Shown: positions 29,889 through 39,562 of the stretch, piece after piece
How positions within the stretch are numbered: the first letter of the stretch is position 1
How the letters are laid out: each line of letters opens with the position of its first letter
DNA from: Candidatus Aenigmatarchaeota archaeon
GTDB taxonomy: Archaea > Aenigmatarchaeota > Aenigmatarchaeia > CG10238-14 > SpSt-28
Reading direction: 5' to 3'
DNA length: 62,116 nucleotides
NCBI GenBank assembly: GCA_018920305.1
Contig: JAHLMO010000003.1
Location: 1 to 62,116 of the forward strand
Notes under the pieces: model-generated
What the model saw: only the letters and a program-made list of their open reading frames with translations
Told to the model about the DNA's origin: nothing
Database searches by the model: none
Made by a program: the position numbers and the translations under genes

Positions 29889-32468
29889 ATGTTTAGTTTA
29901 CTTAATGAAAAACTAAGAAAATTAGTTGAAAGCAAGTTTGAAAAACCTACAGAAATTCAAATACTCTCAATTCAAAAAATTTTAGAAGGAAAAAATGTTC
30001 TAATAGTTGCTCCCACAGGCTACGGAAAAACTGAAGCAGCTTTTTTACCAGCTTTAAATAGAATATTAGAGAATCCATTGCCTATTTCTATTATCTATGT
30101 TACCCCATTAAGATCTTTGAATAGAGATTTATTAGAAAGACTTTCATACTTTTGTAAAAATTTAGATTTGGAAATCGCTGTTAGACATAGTGATATAACT
30201 AAATATGAAAGAAGAAAACAAACTTTGTTTCCACCACATATTCTTATAACAACTCCAGAAACTTTTCAATTGCTATTAATTTCGAAAAATTTGAAAAATT
30301 ACCTAAAAAATGTAAAATTTGTAATAATAGATGAGATTCATGAAATTGTAGATAATAAAAGGGGTGTTTTACTATCAATTTGCTTAGAAAGATTAAGAAA
30401 AATTGCAAAGTTTCAAACAATAATGATTTCTGCAACAATTAGTAATTATGAAGTTGGAAGAATTTTTTGCAAAGATTATGAAGTTGTTGCTATAGAAAAA
30501 TCGAAAGAATATGAATATCATATATTTTTAGAAAAAGATTTTGAAAACAGAATTAAAAAAATATTAGAAATCTTAAAAAAACATAAACAAGTTTTAATTT
30601 TTACAAATACGAGAGAAGAAGCAGAATTTTTGGCATATAATTTAAAAAAACATGAAAATGTTGAAGTTCATCATTCAAGCTTAAGTAAAGAAATCAGAAT
30701 TGAAATAGAAAGAGAATTTAAAAGAGGTAATATAAAGGCTATTGTTGCAACATCTAGTTTACAATTAGGAATTGATATTGGAAATATAGATGCTGTAATT
30801 CAATATAATAGTGCTAGAGAAGTTATTCAATTAATCCAAAGAGTTGGAAGAAGCGGTCATAGGGAAAATAAAAAACCTATTGGCTATATTATATGTAGCG
30901 ATGAATTAGAGTTTGAAGAATCTAAAAATATAGTTAAGCTTGCAAAGGAAGGAAAAATAGAAAAAATTAAAAACATGGAAAATTGTTTAGATGTCTTAGC
31001 AAATCAAATAATTTCAATTTGCTTAAAAGAAAGAAAAAGTTTTGAAGAGTTAAAAGAAATTTTTAAAGATTCGTATGCTTATAAAAATTTAAGCGATGAA
31101 ACATTAAAAGAAACAATAAAATTTTTGAAAGATCATAAATTAATTTTTGAAGATGAAAACAAAAGATATGGAACAAGTAAAAAAGGATTAAAATATTATA
31201 TAGAAAATCTTTCTTTTATTCCTTCCAATAAACAATATGATGTTATTGATATAACCTCTAATAAATTAATTGCTAATTTTGATGAAAATTTTGTAGCAAC
31301 AGAATTAGAAATTGAAAAATCTTATTTAATTAGGGGTGCTTCTTGGAAAGTTGTTGATATTAAAGAAAAAATTTTTGTTGAACCTAGTGAGGAAGAAGCA
31401 ATAATTCCTTATTGGGAAGGAGAATTAATACCTGTAAGTTTTGAAGTTGCAAAAGAAATTAAAAATTCAAATATATTTGAAGGAGAAAAGGTCGAAATTG
31501 TTTTTGATAATAAATATTTTTACTATATTTTTCATTTACCATATGGAAATAAAGTTAATGAAACTCTAATGTATGCTATTTTATATTTTATTTCTAGAGT
31601 TTATTCTGAAATTTTTTATAAATCCCTACAATATGGAATAATTTTTAGAGTTAATAAAAGAAATGATGAAATATTTAAATTTGCATTAGAAAATTTAGAT
31701 AAAAATTTTGAAATGTTCGTTATCGAAAGTATTAAAAATTCAAAATTATTTTATTACAAATTTTATCAAATTGCAAAAAGATTTGGAATTATTTCTAAGG
31801 ATGCAGAAATAAATTTCTCAAAAATTAAAAAACTTGCCGAATTTTATAGAAATTCGATTATAGAAAAAGAAGTTTTAAATGAAATAATTTTTGAAAAGCT
31901 AGATTTTGAAAATGCCAAAAAAATTCTAAGTGAAATAAAAAATTTAAAATTCGAAACAAAAGAAAAATTCTCAAAATTTTCTGAGCTATTATTAAAAAGA
32001 GTTTTTAGTTTTGGAGAAATTCCAATATTAACAGCTACTATTTTAGAAAAAATTAAAAATAGATTGCTAAATAAAAAATTATTTTTTATTTGTTTAAATT
32101 GTGGAAACTATTTTGAAAGTAAAGTTAAAGATATAAACTTTTCTAAATGTATTAAATGTAATTCTTATTTTTTATCAATTGTTAAACACGATTTGGAAAA
32201 AAATTTAAAAATTGTAAATAAAAAGATTAAAGGTCTTTCTTTATCTAAGGAAGAAGAAGAAATATATCAAAAACTTTATGAAAGTGCATCTTTATTCATT
32301 AGCTTTGGAAAAAAAGCCGCATTAGTTTTAGCCGGTAAAGGTATTGGAATAGAAACCGCTAAAAAGATATTAAATATAAGAAAAATATATAAAAGTGAAG
32401 AAGAACTTATTCGAGAAATTTTTGAAAGAGAAAAAGAATTTTTAAAGATTAGACACTTTATTGAATAA
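29889..32468 (+). CDS. lhr: Lhr-type superfamily 2 ATP-dependent helicase
   Basis: APTGYGKTEAAFLP (motif I), TPLRSLNRD, VIIDEIHE (DExH), SATI, HHSSLS, QRVGRSGH and a long C-terminal domain with the zinc ribbon CLNCGNY...CIKCNSY. Confidence 0.75.
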   Translation: MFSLLNEKLRKLVESKFEKPTEIQILSIQKILEGKNVLIVAPTGYGKTEAAFLPALNRILENPLPISIIYVTPLRSLNRDLLERLSYFCKNLDLEIAVRHSDITKYERRKQTLFPPHILITTPETFQLLLISKNLKNYLKNVKFVIIDEIHEIVDNKRGVLLSICLERLRKIAKFQTIMISATISNYEVGRIFCKDYEVVAIEKSKEYEYHIFLEKDFENRIKKILEILKKHKQVLIFTNTREEAEFLAYNLKKHENVEVHHSSLSKEIRIEIEREFKRGNIKAIVATSSLQLGIDIGNIDAVIQYNSAREVIQLIQRVGRSGHRENKKPIGYIICSDELEFEESKNIVKLAKEGKIEKIKNMENCLDVLANQIISICLKERKSFEELKEIFKDSYAYKNLSDETLKETIKFLKDHKLIFEDENKRYGTSKKGLKYYIENLSFIPSNKQYDVIDITSNKLIANFDENFVATELEIEKSYLIRGASWKVVDIKEKIFVEPSEEEAIIPYWEGELIPVSFEVAKEIKNSNIFEGEKVEIVFDNKYFYYIFHLPYGNKVNETLMYAILYFISRVYSEIFYKSLQYGIIFRVNKRNDEIFKFALENLDKNFEMFVIESIKNSKLFYYKFYQIAKRFGIISKDAEINFSKIKKLAEFYRNSIIEKEVLNEIIFEKLDFENAKKILSEIKNLKFETKEKFSKFSELLLKRVFSFGEIPILTATILEKIKNRLLNKKLFFICLNCGNYFESKVKDINFSKCIKCNSYFLSIVKHDLEKNLKIVNKKIKGLSLSKEEEEIYQKLYESASLFISFGKKAALVLAGKGIGIETAKKILNIRKIYKSEEELIREIFEREKEFLKIRHFIE

Positions 32469-32780
32469 GCATATTCAAATTATGATTTATTATTTCTTAA
32501 TATAGAATGAATGTATTTCCAATCTCTTTTGTTAATTCCAAAAATCTCTATTTTTCCAGATTGTTTTCCATCAATCGTAAAGTAAAGAATAGTTCCAGAA
32601 ATTTATACAATAAATCTTATAGTTATCATCAAGAGAAATAGAGCTAACTTAATCAAAATCATAGAATAATTTTAAAAACTAATATTTAATTTTTTATAGC
32701 CTGTTTATTTCACTTTCCCTAAAACAAAATAAAATCTGATGTCTTTGTTCTACTTAGATTTAAATAAAAATTGAATAAAA

Positions 32781-32881
32781 TGCCGGGGGTGGGATTTGAA
32801 CCCACGACCTCCGCGTTTCTTATCATCGATTCAAAGCTCATTAAATATGAGCGCGGCGTTCTACCACTAAACTACCCCGGC
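32781..32881 (-). tRNA. tRNA with CAT anticodon (elongator Met, or Ile2 if modified), 29-nt intron at 37/38 (32817-32845)
   Basis: Reverse complement reads GCCGGGG-TA-GTTT-AGTGGTA-GAAC-G-CCGCG-CTCATA[TTTAATGAGCTTTGAATCGATGATAAGAA]A-CGCGG-AGGTC-GTGGG-TTCAAAT-CCCAC-CCCCGGC-A. The intron segment ATGAGC pairs with the anticodon region GCTCAT, as in a BHB helix. Confidence 0.85.
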
Positions 32882-32916
32882 ATAAATAAAATAAAAACTA
32901 AATAATATTCAAAAAA

Positions 32917-33426
32917 TTATAAATCGAGTTCTTTTAGTTCTTCTTTCAATTCTTTAATTGCAGTAGAAAATTCAGAAAGATTACTAGAAGTAATTTTATT
33001 AAAAGAAAGTATTTTATTCATATTTTCCAAGAAAATTCCCTCAACAAAAATATTTGATAGATATGGCTTATATGGGACTAAATTTTTTAAGCTTAATTTT
33101 ACGTTCTTTAGAACTTTATTTGCATTCCTCTTATCTACTTTTTTAATTTCATCTAAAGTGTTTTTTAATTTTTTTAATTCGTTTTTAACATATAGCAATG
33201 TTGCTTCATCGCTTTTTTCTAAAAACAATCTCTTGAATTGAAGTTTTATATTATGTCTCAATAGTAAATAAGCTGCAAATATTAAGAGCAATAACGCAAC
33301 TAAAACTAATACAAAATTAGAAGTAGCAGCTTCTACTTGAACGAAATTAGCATTATATATTAAACCTCCAACGCCTACTACAATTAAAAAGGCTGCCGAA
33401 AGAATTATTATTCTAATTAATTCCAT
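32917..33426 (-). CDS. hypothetical membrane-anchored coiled-coil protein (169 aa)
   Basis: Two N-terminal hydrophobic helices, then a Lys/Leu-rich helical region. No motif recognised. Confidence 0.5.
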   Translation of the reverse strand: MELIRIIILSAAFLIVVGVGGLIYNANFVQVEAATSNFVLVLVALLLLIFAAYLLLRHNIKLQFKRLFLEKSDEATLLYVKNELKKLKNTLDEIKKVDKRNANKVLKNVKLSLKNLVPYKPYLSNIFVEGIFLENMNKILSFNKITSSNLSEFSTAIKELKEELKELDL

Positions 33427-33535
33427 AATATCTAATAATTAGATAAGTATATAAAGATTTTGCTAAAATGTAAAATAAAATGAAAATCCTTAACATTAAA
33501 ATAAATAAAAATAGATAACTAATAGTATTAATATT

Positions 33536-33823
33536 ATGAAAAATTTAGAGGTTGACATAGAAAAATTAAAGACCAAAGTTGATGTTCTAATAAAAATTAA
33601 AGAAGAATTGAACAATAGAATTTCTTTTTTAAATGAACGCATCGGAGAAATTAAAAACTCTTTAGTAGATAAAGAAAGAGAAATTGCTGAATTAAAAACT
33701 TCCTTTGAAAAAACTATTAAAATTGTTGAAGAACTAAGGCCTGAAGAAATTATTAAAAAATTTAATGAGTTTTATGCAAAAATAGAAATGCATTATCTAA
33801 TTTCTGTCTTAAAACTTTGTTAA
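33536..33823 (+). CDS. hypothetical coiled-coil protein (95 aa)
   Basis: ORF only, heptad-like (IEKLKTKVDVLIKIKEELNNRISFLNERIGEIKN). Confidence 0.4.
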   Translation: MKNLEVDIEKLKTKVDVLIKIKEELNNRISFLNERIGEIKNSLVDKEREIAELKTSFEKTIKIVEELRPEEIIKKFNEFYAKIEMHYLISVLKLC

Positions 33824-33851
33824 TAGATTTTAATTTCATAACTCCACATGA

Positions 33852-34352
33852 ATCCAACTTTTAACTTTTTCTACATTAGAAAATTTAGAAAAATTAAAAG
33901 AAAATTTAGGTTTTTTTGATTTTGTTTTATTGGATTCTGCACCAGGATTTGGAAGAGAAGCTATAACAGCTATAAAATTTAGCGAAGAAATAATTATTAT
34001 TTCAAACCCGACAATTTCATCTCTCTTTGATTCAATAAAATGCCTTCAACTAGCAAATAGACTTAATAAAAAAGTTTTAGGTATAATAATTAATAGATAC
34101 GAAAAAGATTCTCCGCTAAGTCTAAAAGATTTTCAAAATTTAATTAATACAAATATTTTATCAATAATCGAAGAAAGCAAAAAAGCAAAATATGCAGATT
34201 TAAGAAGAGAAATGTTATATAACTTAGATAAAAATTTTAGAGATCAAATAAATTCTATAATCTCAAAAATTGCTGGAATAGAAATAAAAAAAGAAAATAC
34301 TTTTAAAAAATTTTTAAACTTATTTCAAAATATATTTTCAAAAAGATTTTAA
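33852..34352 (+). pseudogene. 5'-truncated MinD/ParA-family ATPase remnant (C-terminal half only, no Walker A)
   Basis: The track ORF (33930-34352, TTG start) begins inside the Walker B region. The frame stays open and homologous-looking upstream to 33852: ...LENLEKLKENLGFFDFVLLDSAPGFGREAITAIKFSEEIIIISNPTISSL... No KGGxGKT P-loop is encoded anywhere upstream. Confidence 0.55.
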
Positions 34353-34422
34353 AAAATTAACCTAACAATCATTTACATAATGTTATGCATTTAATTTTTT
34401 GTAATTTGTCTTTAAAATATTT

Positions 34423-35553
34423 TTAAATATTGAAATAAATTACTCTTTTTTGCTTAGTATAAATTCTTAAAATCTTACTTAACTCTATATTTAAATTTGC
34501 ATTGCTTAAATATTTTAACAATTCTTCTAAAGAATCTAGCTCAATAGGTTTTTTATTAAAAGCATCTCTTATACATTCTCTAACTTTCCATACACCTAAA
34601 GGAATTGTATAAAACTCTTCTATCTTTCTAAAAACAATTACAGCTGCCTGTCTTTTTATCTTTTCTAAATATTCGCAACATGCCAATCGAGCTGCGTAAT
34701 AACCGCCTGCAACACTTTCTGCGTATTTTTTTCTTTCAAAAAATATTTCGTAATCTTGATAAAATTTATTTCCAATAAACTCTATCATTTCAAAACCAAA
34801 AACGTATGGTAATAAAATAATCCAAAATTTGTTTCCTAAATATTCATTATAAAAAATTTGAATTTTATCTAAGATTTTATAATCTCTAATTTTTTTGATC
34901 AACTTATCGCTAATAATACTATCTATAGCTGTAATGCTCCATCTAGTTGGAACAAATCTCTTTTCAATACCTAGTAATCCAGCAGAAAAAATTTTTTGAA
35001 TTCTGGATATTTCCAATCCTTTTTTATATAATAAAAATGTTGCCTCAGAAGCTTTAATTTCATCATTAACAATTTTTTCAACAAAATTTTCAATTTTTAT
35101 ATTGCTTTGAATTTTTAAATTTTCTATTTTTGCAGGATTTCCAATAGGAGCAAAATATTTATTAAATAAAAATTTAAATTTAGGATAATTTTTTAAATTA
35201 ACTTCTAAATCCACAACATTTTTTGCCAGTGCCAATTCTTGAATTTTTTCCGATAAACTAAATTGTTTTTTTATATTAACATTTTTAAAAGAATATATTA
35301 GTCTCGATCTTAATTCAATTATTTTTTCAAAACTTAATTTATCTTTATACCATAATTCTGGAAAATCTAAATAATAACCTCTTTCATCTATTATAGGTAA
35401 AGATAAAACACCCAAATTAACATTTGGATAATTAACTGAAGAAATAAAAATGCTTGGAGGAGAACTTCCAACAAAATCTTTTTTATTTTCTATTAGAATT
35501 TTCCATTTATATACATTTTTAATCAATTCTTTTGGAATTTCTCTAAATTTCAT
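34423..35553 (-). CDS. possible Nre-family (DUF650/DUF651) archaeal DNA-repair-associated protein
   Basis: The N-terminal FVGSSPPSIFISSVNYPNVNLGVLS resembles the Nre N-domain signature as I remember it. The size (376 aa) fits. The C-terminus QKRVIYF is weakly PIP-box-like. Confidence 0.4.
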   Translation of the reverse strand: MKFREIPKELIKNVYKWKILIENKKDFVGSSPPSIFISSVNYPNVNLGVLSLPIIDERGYYLDFPELWYKDKLSFEKIIELRSRLIYSFKNVNIKKQFSLSEKIQELALAKNVVDLEVNLKNYPKFKFLFNKYFAPIGNPAKIENLKIQSNIKIENFVEKIVNDEIKASEATFLLYKKGLEISRIQKIFSAGLLGIEKRFVPTRWSITAIDSIISDKLIKKIRDYKILDKIQIFYNEYLGNKFWIILLPYVFGFEMIEFIGNKFYQDYEIFFERKKYAESVAGGYYAARLACCEYLEKIKRQAAVIVFRKIEEFYTIPLGVWKVRECIRDAFNKKPIELDSLEELLKYLSNANLNIELSKILRIYTKQKRVIYFNI

Positions 35554-35570
35554 AAAAGTATTTAAATTTT

Positions 35571-36692
35571 ATGATTTTTAGATTGGATGCAATAAACATT
35601 TGGAAAAATAAAGAAGTTAAAGAAAGACTTAATTGGTATTATAAAGTTTTAAAAAATGAAGTTAAAGCAAAATATTTAATTGTAAAGAGTATAGAATTAA
35701 AAGAAAATCTAAATTTAAAAGAATTAGAAGAGAAAGAACTTTGGAAAATTCATTCTGAATTAAGAAATGAATTTTTAGATAAATTTGAAAAAATGAAAAA
35801 TGGTAAAAATATCGAAATTAAGGAAATAGATAAAAACAATAATAATAAAAACAATTTTTTGGATGTTAAAATAGAATTAGCTTATAGAATGTTATCTCCT
35901 TGTAAATTTTGCGAAAATTTATGTCTAGCAAAAAGATTAGAGGGAGAAAAAGGAAAATGTGGATTAGATAATATTACTAGAGTTGCATCTGCCTTTTTAC
36001 ATTATGGAGAAGAAGCTCCATTAATTCCATCTGGTACAATTTTCTTTACTGGCTGCAGTTTTAAATGTGTATATTGTCAAAATTGGGACATAAGTCAAAA
36101 TCCAAAAAACGGATTTGAAATAAATTCTTTACAACTTGCAGAAATAGAAAAAGAACTATATGATAAAGGGGCAATAAATATAAATTTTGTAGGTGGTAAT
36201 CCTGATCAAAATTTACATACAATTTTAGAAAGTTTAAAATATTTTAATGAAAATATTGCATTGCTTTGGAATTCAAATATGTATATGACAAAAGAAAGTC
36301 TAGAATTATTACTAGATGTCATTGATATTTGGTTACCAGATTTTAAATATGGAAATGATAGTTGTGCATATAAATATAGTAAAATAAAGAATTACTTTGA
36401 AATTGTCTCAAGAAATCATAAGATAATTTACGATTTTGGAGAAAATATAATTGTTAGACATTTAGTCCTACCAAACCATTTAGAATGTTGTACTTATAAA
36501 GTTCTAGATTGGATTTCAAAAAATATACCAAATGTTTTAGTAAACATTATGGATCAATATCATCCAGAATATTTAGTTTTAAAATTTCCAGAAAAATTTG
36601 ATGAAATTGCCAGAAGACTAAATTACGAAGAAATTAAAAAAGCATATGAATATGCAAAATCAAAAAATATTTGTTTTGAAGCTATTAGTTAA
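35571..36692 (+). CDS. radical SAM protein, PflX-like (pyruvate formate-lyase activase-related)
   Basis: CxxxCxxC cluster motif GCSFKCVYCQNWDIS preceded by an extra Cys cluster CKFCENLC...GKCG. FVGGNPD is glycine-rich SAM-binding. Confidence 0.75.
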   Translation: MIFRLDAINIWKNKEVKERLNWYYKVLKNEVKAKYLIVKSIELKENLNLKELEEKELWKIHSELRNEFLDKFEKMKNGKNIEIKEIDKNNNNKNNFLDVKIELAYRMLSPCKFCENLCLAKRLEGEKGKCGLDNITRVASAFLHYGEEAPLIPSGTIFFTGCSFKCVYCQNWDISQNPKNGFEINSLQLAEIEKELYDKGAININFVGGNPDQNLHTILESLKYFNENIALLWNSNMYMTKESLELLLDVIDIWLPDFKYGNDSCAYKYSKIKNYFEIVSRNHKIIYDFGENIIVRHLVLPNHLECCTYKVLDWISKNIPNVLVNIMDQYHPEYLVLKFPEKFDEIARRLNYEEIKKAYEYAKSKNICFEAIS

Positions 36693-36985
36693 TAAATTTC
36701 GATATTATTAAATCCTAATTCAATAAGTAGCTCTTTAATTCTTCTTCTATGATCGCCTTGTAATTCTATAATTCCATTTTTTATAGTTCCACCACAACCC
36801 AATTTACTTTTTAGCTTACTTGCTATTTCTTTTAACTCTTTATTATCCCTCTGAATTCCATTAATTAAAGTAACAACCTTTCCATAACTCCTCTTTTCTA
36901 TTCTAACGATAATTTTTTCTTCTACTTTCCTCTCACAAATACATAAATCCTTTGGTAAACCACAAATTTGACAAATTTCACTCAT
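36689..36985 (-). CDS. sui1: translation initiation factor aSUI1 (eIF1 family)
   Basis: N-terminal zinc knuckle CQICGLPKDLCIC followed by the SUI1 fold (KRSYGKVVTLINGI...LKSKLGCGGT...IELQGDHR). Confidence 0.85.
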   Translation of the reverse strand: MSEICQICGLPKDLCICERKVEEKIIVRIEKRSYGKVVTLINGIQRDNKELKEIASKLKSKLGCGGTIKNGIIELQGDHRRRIKELLIELGFNNIEIY

Positions 36986-37191
36986 TTAATTTTTATATTT
37001 CTCTCTCTTAGAACTGTAAGAATTCTTGCAATAGTTTTTCTTAGCTCTCTTATTCTACTTGTATTTTTTATAGGTCTTTTCATTTCTGTCTGCATCTTTA
37101 ACTTTCTAAGTTCTTCTTTATAATTTTTTAACTTTTCTAGTAATTCTTCAGTTTTCATATTTCTTATATCTTTAATTTTTAAAATTGCCAT
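36982..37191 (-). CDS. rpl29: 50S ribosomal protein L29 (uL29)
   Basis: IRNMKTEELLEKLKNYKEELRKLKMQ matches the uL29 pattern. It sits between S3 and SUI1. Confidence 0.85.
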   Translation of the reverse strand: MAILKIKDIRNMKTEELLEKLKNYKEELRKLKMQTEMKRPIKNTSRIRELRKTIARILTVLRERNIKIK

Positions 37192-37796
37192 TATTTCGAA
37201 GAAATTATTTGTGGTAAATATTTTAATATTCGAACTCTTATTCCTACGATACCAACAGGTATTATTGCTTGTTGCATAGCTTCATCAACATAAACTTCCT
37301 TTAAAAATCCTGTATGTAAAATATATCCTTTACTAAATTTGTAAGCTGCACTTCTTTCTTTACCTAATAATTTTCCAGAGATTCTAACTTCTATTCCAGT
37401 AGCACCACTTTCCATACACTTCTCTATATAAAATAAAGCTGCTTTTTTAAAATTTATACCCCTTTCTATAGCTCTTTTTATTCTATATGCAACTATTCTT
37501 GCATCTAAATATGGATTTTGAACTTCTTGAATTACAATTTGTGGATTTAAGATATTATATTTTTTTATAAGTACCTCTTTTATTTCCTCTTCTCTTCTCC
37601 TTAATTTAGCAATTGCTATAGCAGGTTTTCCTACGAAAACTATTATCCTAGTTAATATTGGAGTCTTCTCTACCTTTAAGTTGCTATATTCAGCTTTTTC
37701 AAATATACTCTTTAAATAATCTTCTAACTCAACTTCGACAATCTTTTGAGCTATTATTTTTTTCTCTGTTGTCCCCATATCAATATGATAAGACAA
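37191..37796 (-). CDS. rps3: 30S ribosomal protein S3 (uS3)
   Basis: KH domain plus GATGIEVRISGKLLGKERSAAYKFSKG matches the uS3 pattern. Operon position supports the call. Confidence 0.9.
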   Translation of the reverse strand: MSYHIDMGTTEKKIIAQKIVEVELEDYLKSIFEKAEYSNLKVEKTPILTRIIVFVGKPAIAIAKLRRREEEIKEVLIKKYNILNPQIVIQEVQNPYLDARIVAYRIKRAIERGINFKKAALFYIEKCMESGATGIEVRISGKLLGKERSAAYKFSKGYILHTGFLKEVYVDEAMQQAIIPVGIVGIRVRILKYLPQIISSK

Positions 37797-38133
37797 TTTT
37801 AATATGTGTATTTTTCTTTTCTCTACCTCTAAATTTCCATCTTTTTGGAGTTCTCAACTTAAAACCTTTATGAGCTTCTATTATTTTTATTTTTAATTTA
37901 TTCTCATCTAAACCTTTTTGCCTTGCATTAGCTAATGCACTTTCTAAAACTTTAAGTATAGCTTTAGTAGCTTTTAAATAATATTTTTTACCATCTAAAG
38001 TTAATTTTTGTTTAGCAACTAACTCTAAAAATTTTTTTGCTTTTAAAGCATTTTTGCCTCTAATAATTTTAGATATATATGTTGCATGCTTAGTAGAAAT
38101 TCTAAGATTTTTAATATATGCTGAAGCGATCAT
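37780..38133 (-). CDS. rpl22: 50S ribosomal protein L22 (uL22), short form
   Basis: [28 protein letters not shown]...[15 protein letters not shown] matches the uL22 pattern and lies between S19 and S3. Confidence 0.8.
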   Translation of the reverse strand: MIASAYIKNLRISTKHATYISKIIRGKNALKAKKFLELVAKQKLTLDGKKYYLKATKAILKVLESALANARQKGLDENKLKIKIIEAHKGFKLRTPKRWKFRGREKKNTHIKIVLSY

Positions 38134-38528
38134 TTAACAGATAAGAATTTGGTTCCTCTAGTAGCTCCAATTCCTGGACCACCATGTTTTACCTCTTTTA
38201 TAGGAATTGAAAACTCGCCCAATCTTCTGCCTATCATTTCTGGTTTAATCTTCACTGGCACAAATTCTTTTCCATTATGAACTCCAATCGTTAATCCAAC
38301 CATTATAGGTAAAATTACCATTTGTCTTAAATGTGTTTTTATAAATTTATTTGGATTCTTTTGCTTTATTTCTTTAATTTTTTCCAAAAACTTTTTTTCT
38401 TGTTCAATAAATCCTCTTTTTAGAATCTTTCTTCTAGTTCTAGAATCAAATACTTTTTTTGCAAGATCTTCTAAACTCATTTTTTCCAATTCTTCTAATG
38501 TATATCCTCTTAATCTAAATTCTGCCAT
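38130..38528 (-). CDS. rps19: 30S ribosomal protein S19 (uS19)
   Basis: [32 protein letters not shown] is the uS19 signature. Confidence 0.9.
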   Translation of the reverse strand: MAEFRLRGYTLEELEKMSLEDLAKKVFDSRTRRKILKRGFIEQEKKFLEKIKEIKQKNPNKFIKTHLRQMVILPIMVGLTIGVHNGKEFVPVKIKPEMIGRRLGEFSIPIKEVKHGGPGIGATRGTKFLSVK

Positions 38529-38567
38529 ATAAATTAATATCGAAAAATATAAAAATTTTTTATTATT

Positions 38568-38666
38568 GGGGCCGTAGTCTAGCCAGGCAGGACGGCGGGC
38601 TCCAGAAATGGAGCACCGATAAAATGAGGAAACCCGTTAACCTGGGTTCAAATCCCAGCGGCCCCA
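38568..38666 (+). tRNA. tRNA-Trp (anticodon CCA) with 26-nt intron at 37/38 (38606-38631)
   Basis: GGGGCCG-TA-GTCT-AGCCAGGCA-GGAC-G-GCGGG-CTCCAG[AAATGGAGCACCGATAAAATGAGGAA]A-CCCGT-TAAC-CTGGG-TTCAAAT-CCCAG-CGGCCCC-A. The intron segment TGGAG pairs with CTCCA. Confidence 0.85.
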
Positions 38667-38783
38667 TCATGATTCTATTACATCTACAAAGATATTTACA
38701 ATAGCTATGGAAAAAATTTAAAAGAAAAGAGGCAGAATACTTAAGTGACCTTCTATTACCAAAACAACTAACAAATAAATGAT

Positions 38784-39170
38784 TTGTGTAAAAAAGAAAC
38801 GAAAGTTTTTTTATGTAAGTATTGTAAGAGATATTTTTGTAAAGAACATATAGACCCAAAACCTGTTTTAACATTTCAACAAGTTTTTACCGCTAAAGAA
38901 CCTTTAAGAAGTAAGTTAGAAGAGTTTTGGAGAAGCGAAAAAGGTCATCCTGATTATGTATATACACAGATATTTTGGGAAAAGATGGAAGAGGAAGAGA
39001 GAACCATAATGCGAAAAATGTGGGAAGCGCTAGATAGATTAAATGAACAAAAATATGGAAAGAAAGAATCATCTTCTTCATCAATTATAGTTAGAATTGA
39101 TTTGGTAACTATAATATTGCTTATATTAATCTTTATCCTCATTGTTCTTTTCTTTATTTTTTCACATTGA
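38784..39170 (+). CDS. hypothetical zinc-finger protein with C-terminal membrane anchor
   Basis: TTG start. The N-terminal Cys/His cluster CKKETKVFLCKYCKRYFCKEH is partially AN1-like. The C-terminal helix is LVTIILLILIFILIVLFFIF. Confidence 0.4.
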   Translation: MCKKETKVFLCKYCKRYFCKEHIDPKPVLTFQQVFTAKEPLRSKLEEFWRSEKGHPDYVYTQIFWEKMEEEERTIMRKMWEALDRLNEQKYGKKESSSSSIIVRIDLVTIILLILIFILIVLFFIFSH

Positions 39171-39230
39171 GAAGATAGATTGATTACTATTCCTACAATC
39201 CCAAGAAAGATATATTTTTAACAAATTTAT

Positions 39231-39452
39231 ATGAAAACCAAAGAAATAAAAAATCAGTATTGTTCATACGAATTAGAAAAACATGAAATACTATATATGT
39301 TAGTCAAAATTAGAATGAAACTAGAACAATATTTGTCTGAATATATACCATTAGGAATTAGTAGAGAAGAAATTGTTAATGATTGTACGGGCAATCCTGG
39401 ACATCTATCGAACATACTTAATAGTGATCTTAATAGAATTACAACGTTATGA
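39231..39452 (+). CDS. small hypothetical protein, possibly helix-turn-helix
   Basis: ORF only. GISREEIVNDCTGNPGHLSNILN is weakly HTH-like. Confidence 0.3.
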   Translation: MKTKEIKNQYCSYELEKHEILYMLVKIRMKLEQYLSEYIPLGISREEIVNDCTGNPGHLSNILNSDLNRITTL

Positions 39453-39562
39453 AAACAAATTTTTTGCACTACAAATCCTAATAGTAGTCTTTATGTTGTA
39501 AGTATCAATAACTTTATATCAGGCAAAGGATAAATTAAATCTAGCTTTTTTTATAAATTTAT

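Noticed and set aside
32484-32606. Stop-to-stop minus-strand frame ISGTILYFTIDGKQSGKIEIFGINKRDWKYIHSILRNNKS in the 312-nt ORF-free spacer after lhr
   Set aside because: It looks protein-like and may be the C-terminal relic of a decayed gene. However, it has no start codon, spans only about 40 codons and has no recognisable family, so it is not reportable as a feature.
38563-38874. 103-aa minus-strand ORF in the track
   Set aside because: Its 3' part is the reverse complement of the tRNA-Trp gene (38568-38666), giving GPLGFEPRL-type 'tRNA peptides'. The rest is AT-rich intergenic sequence.
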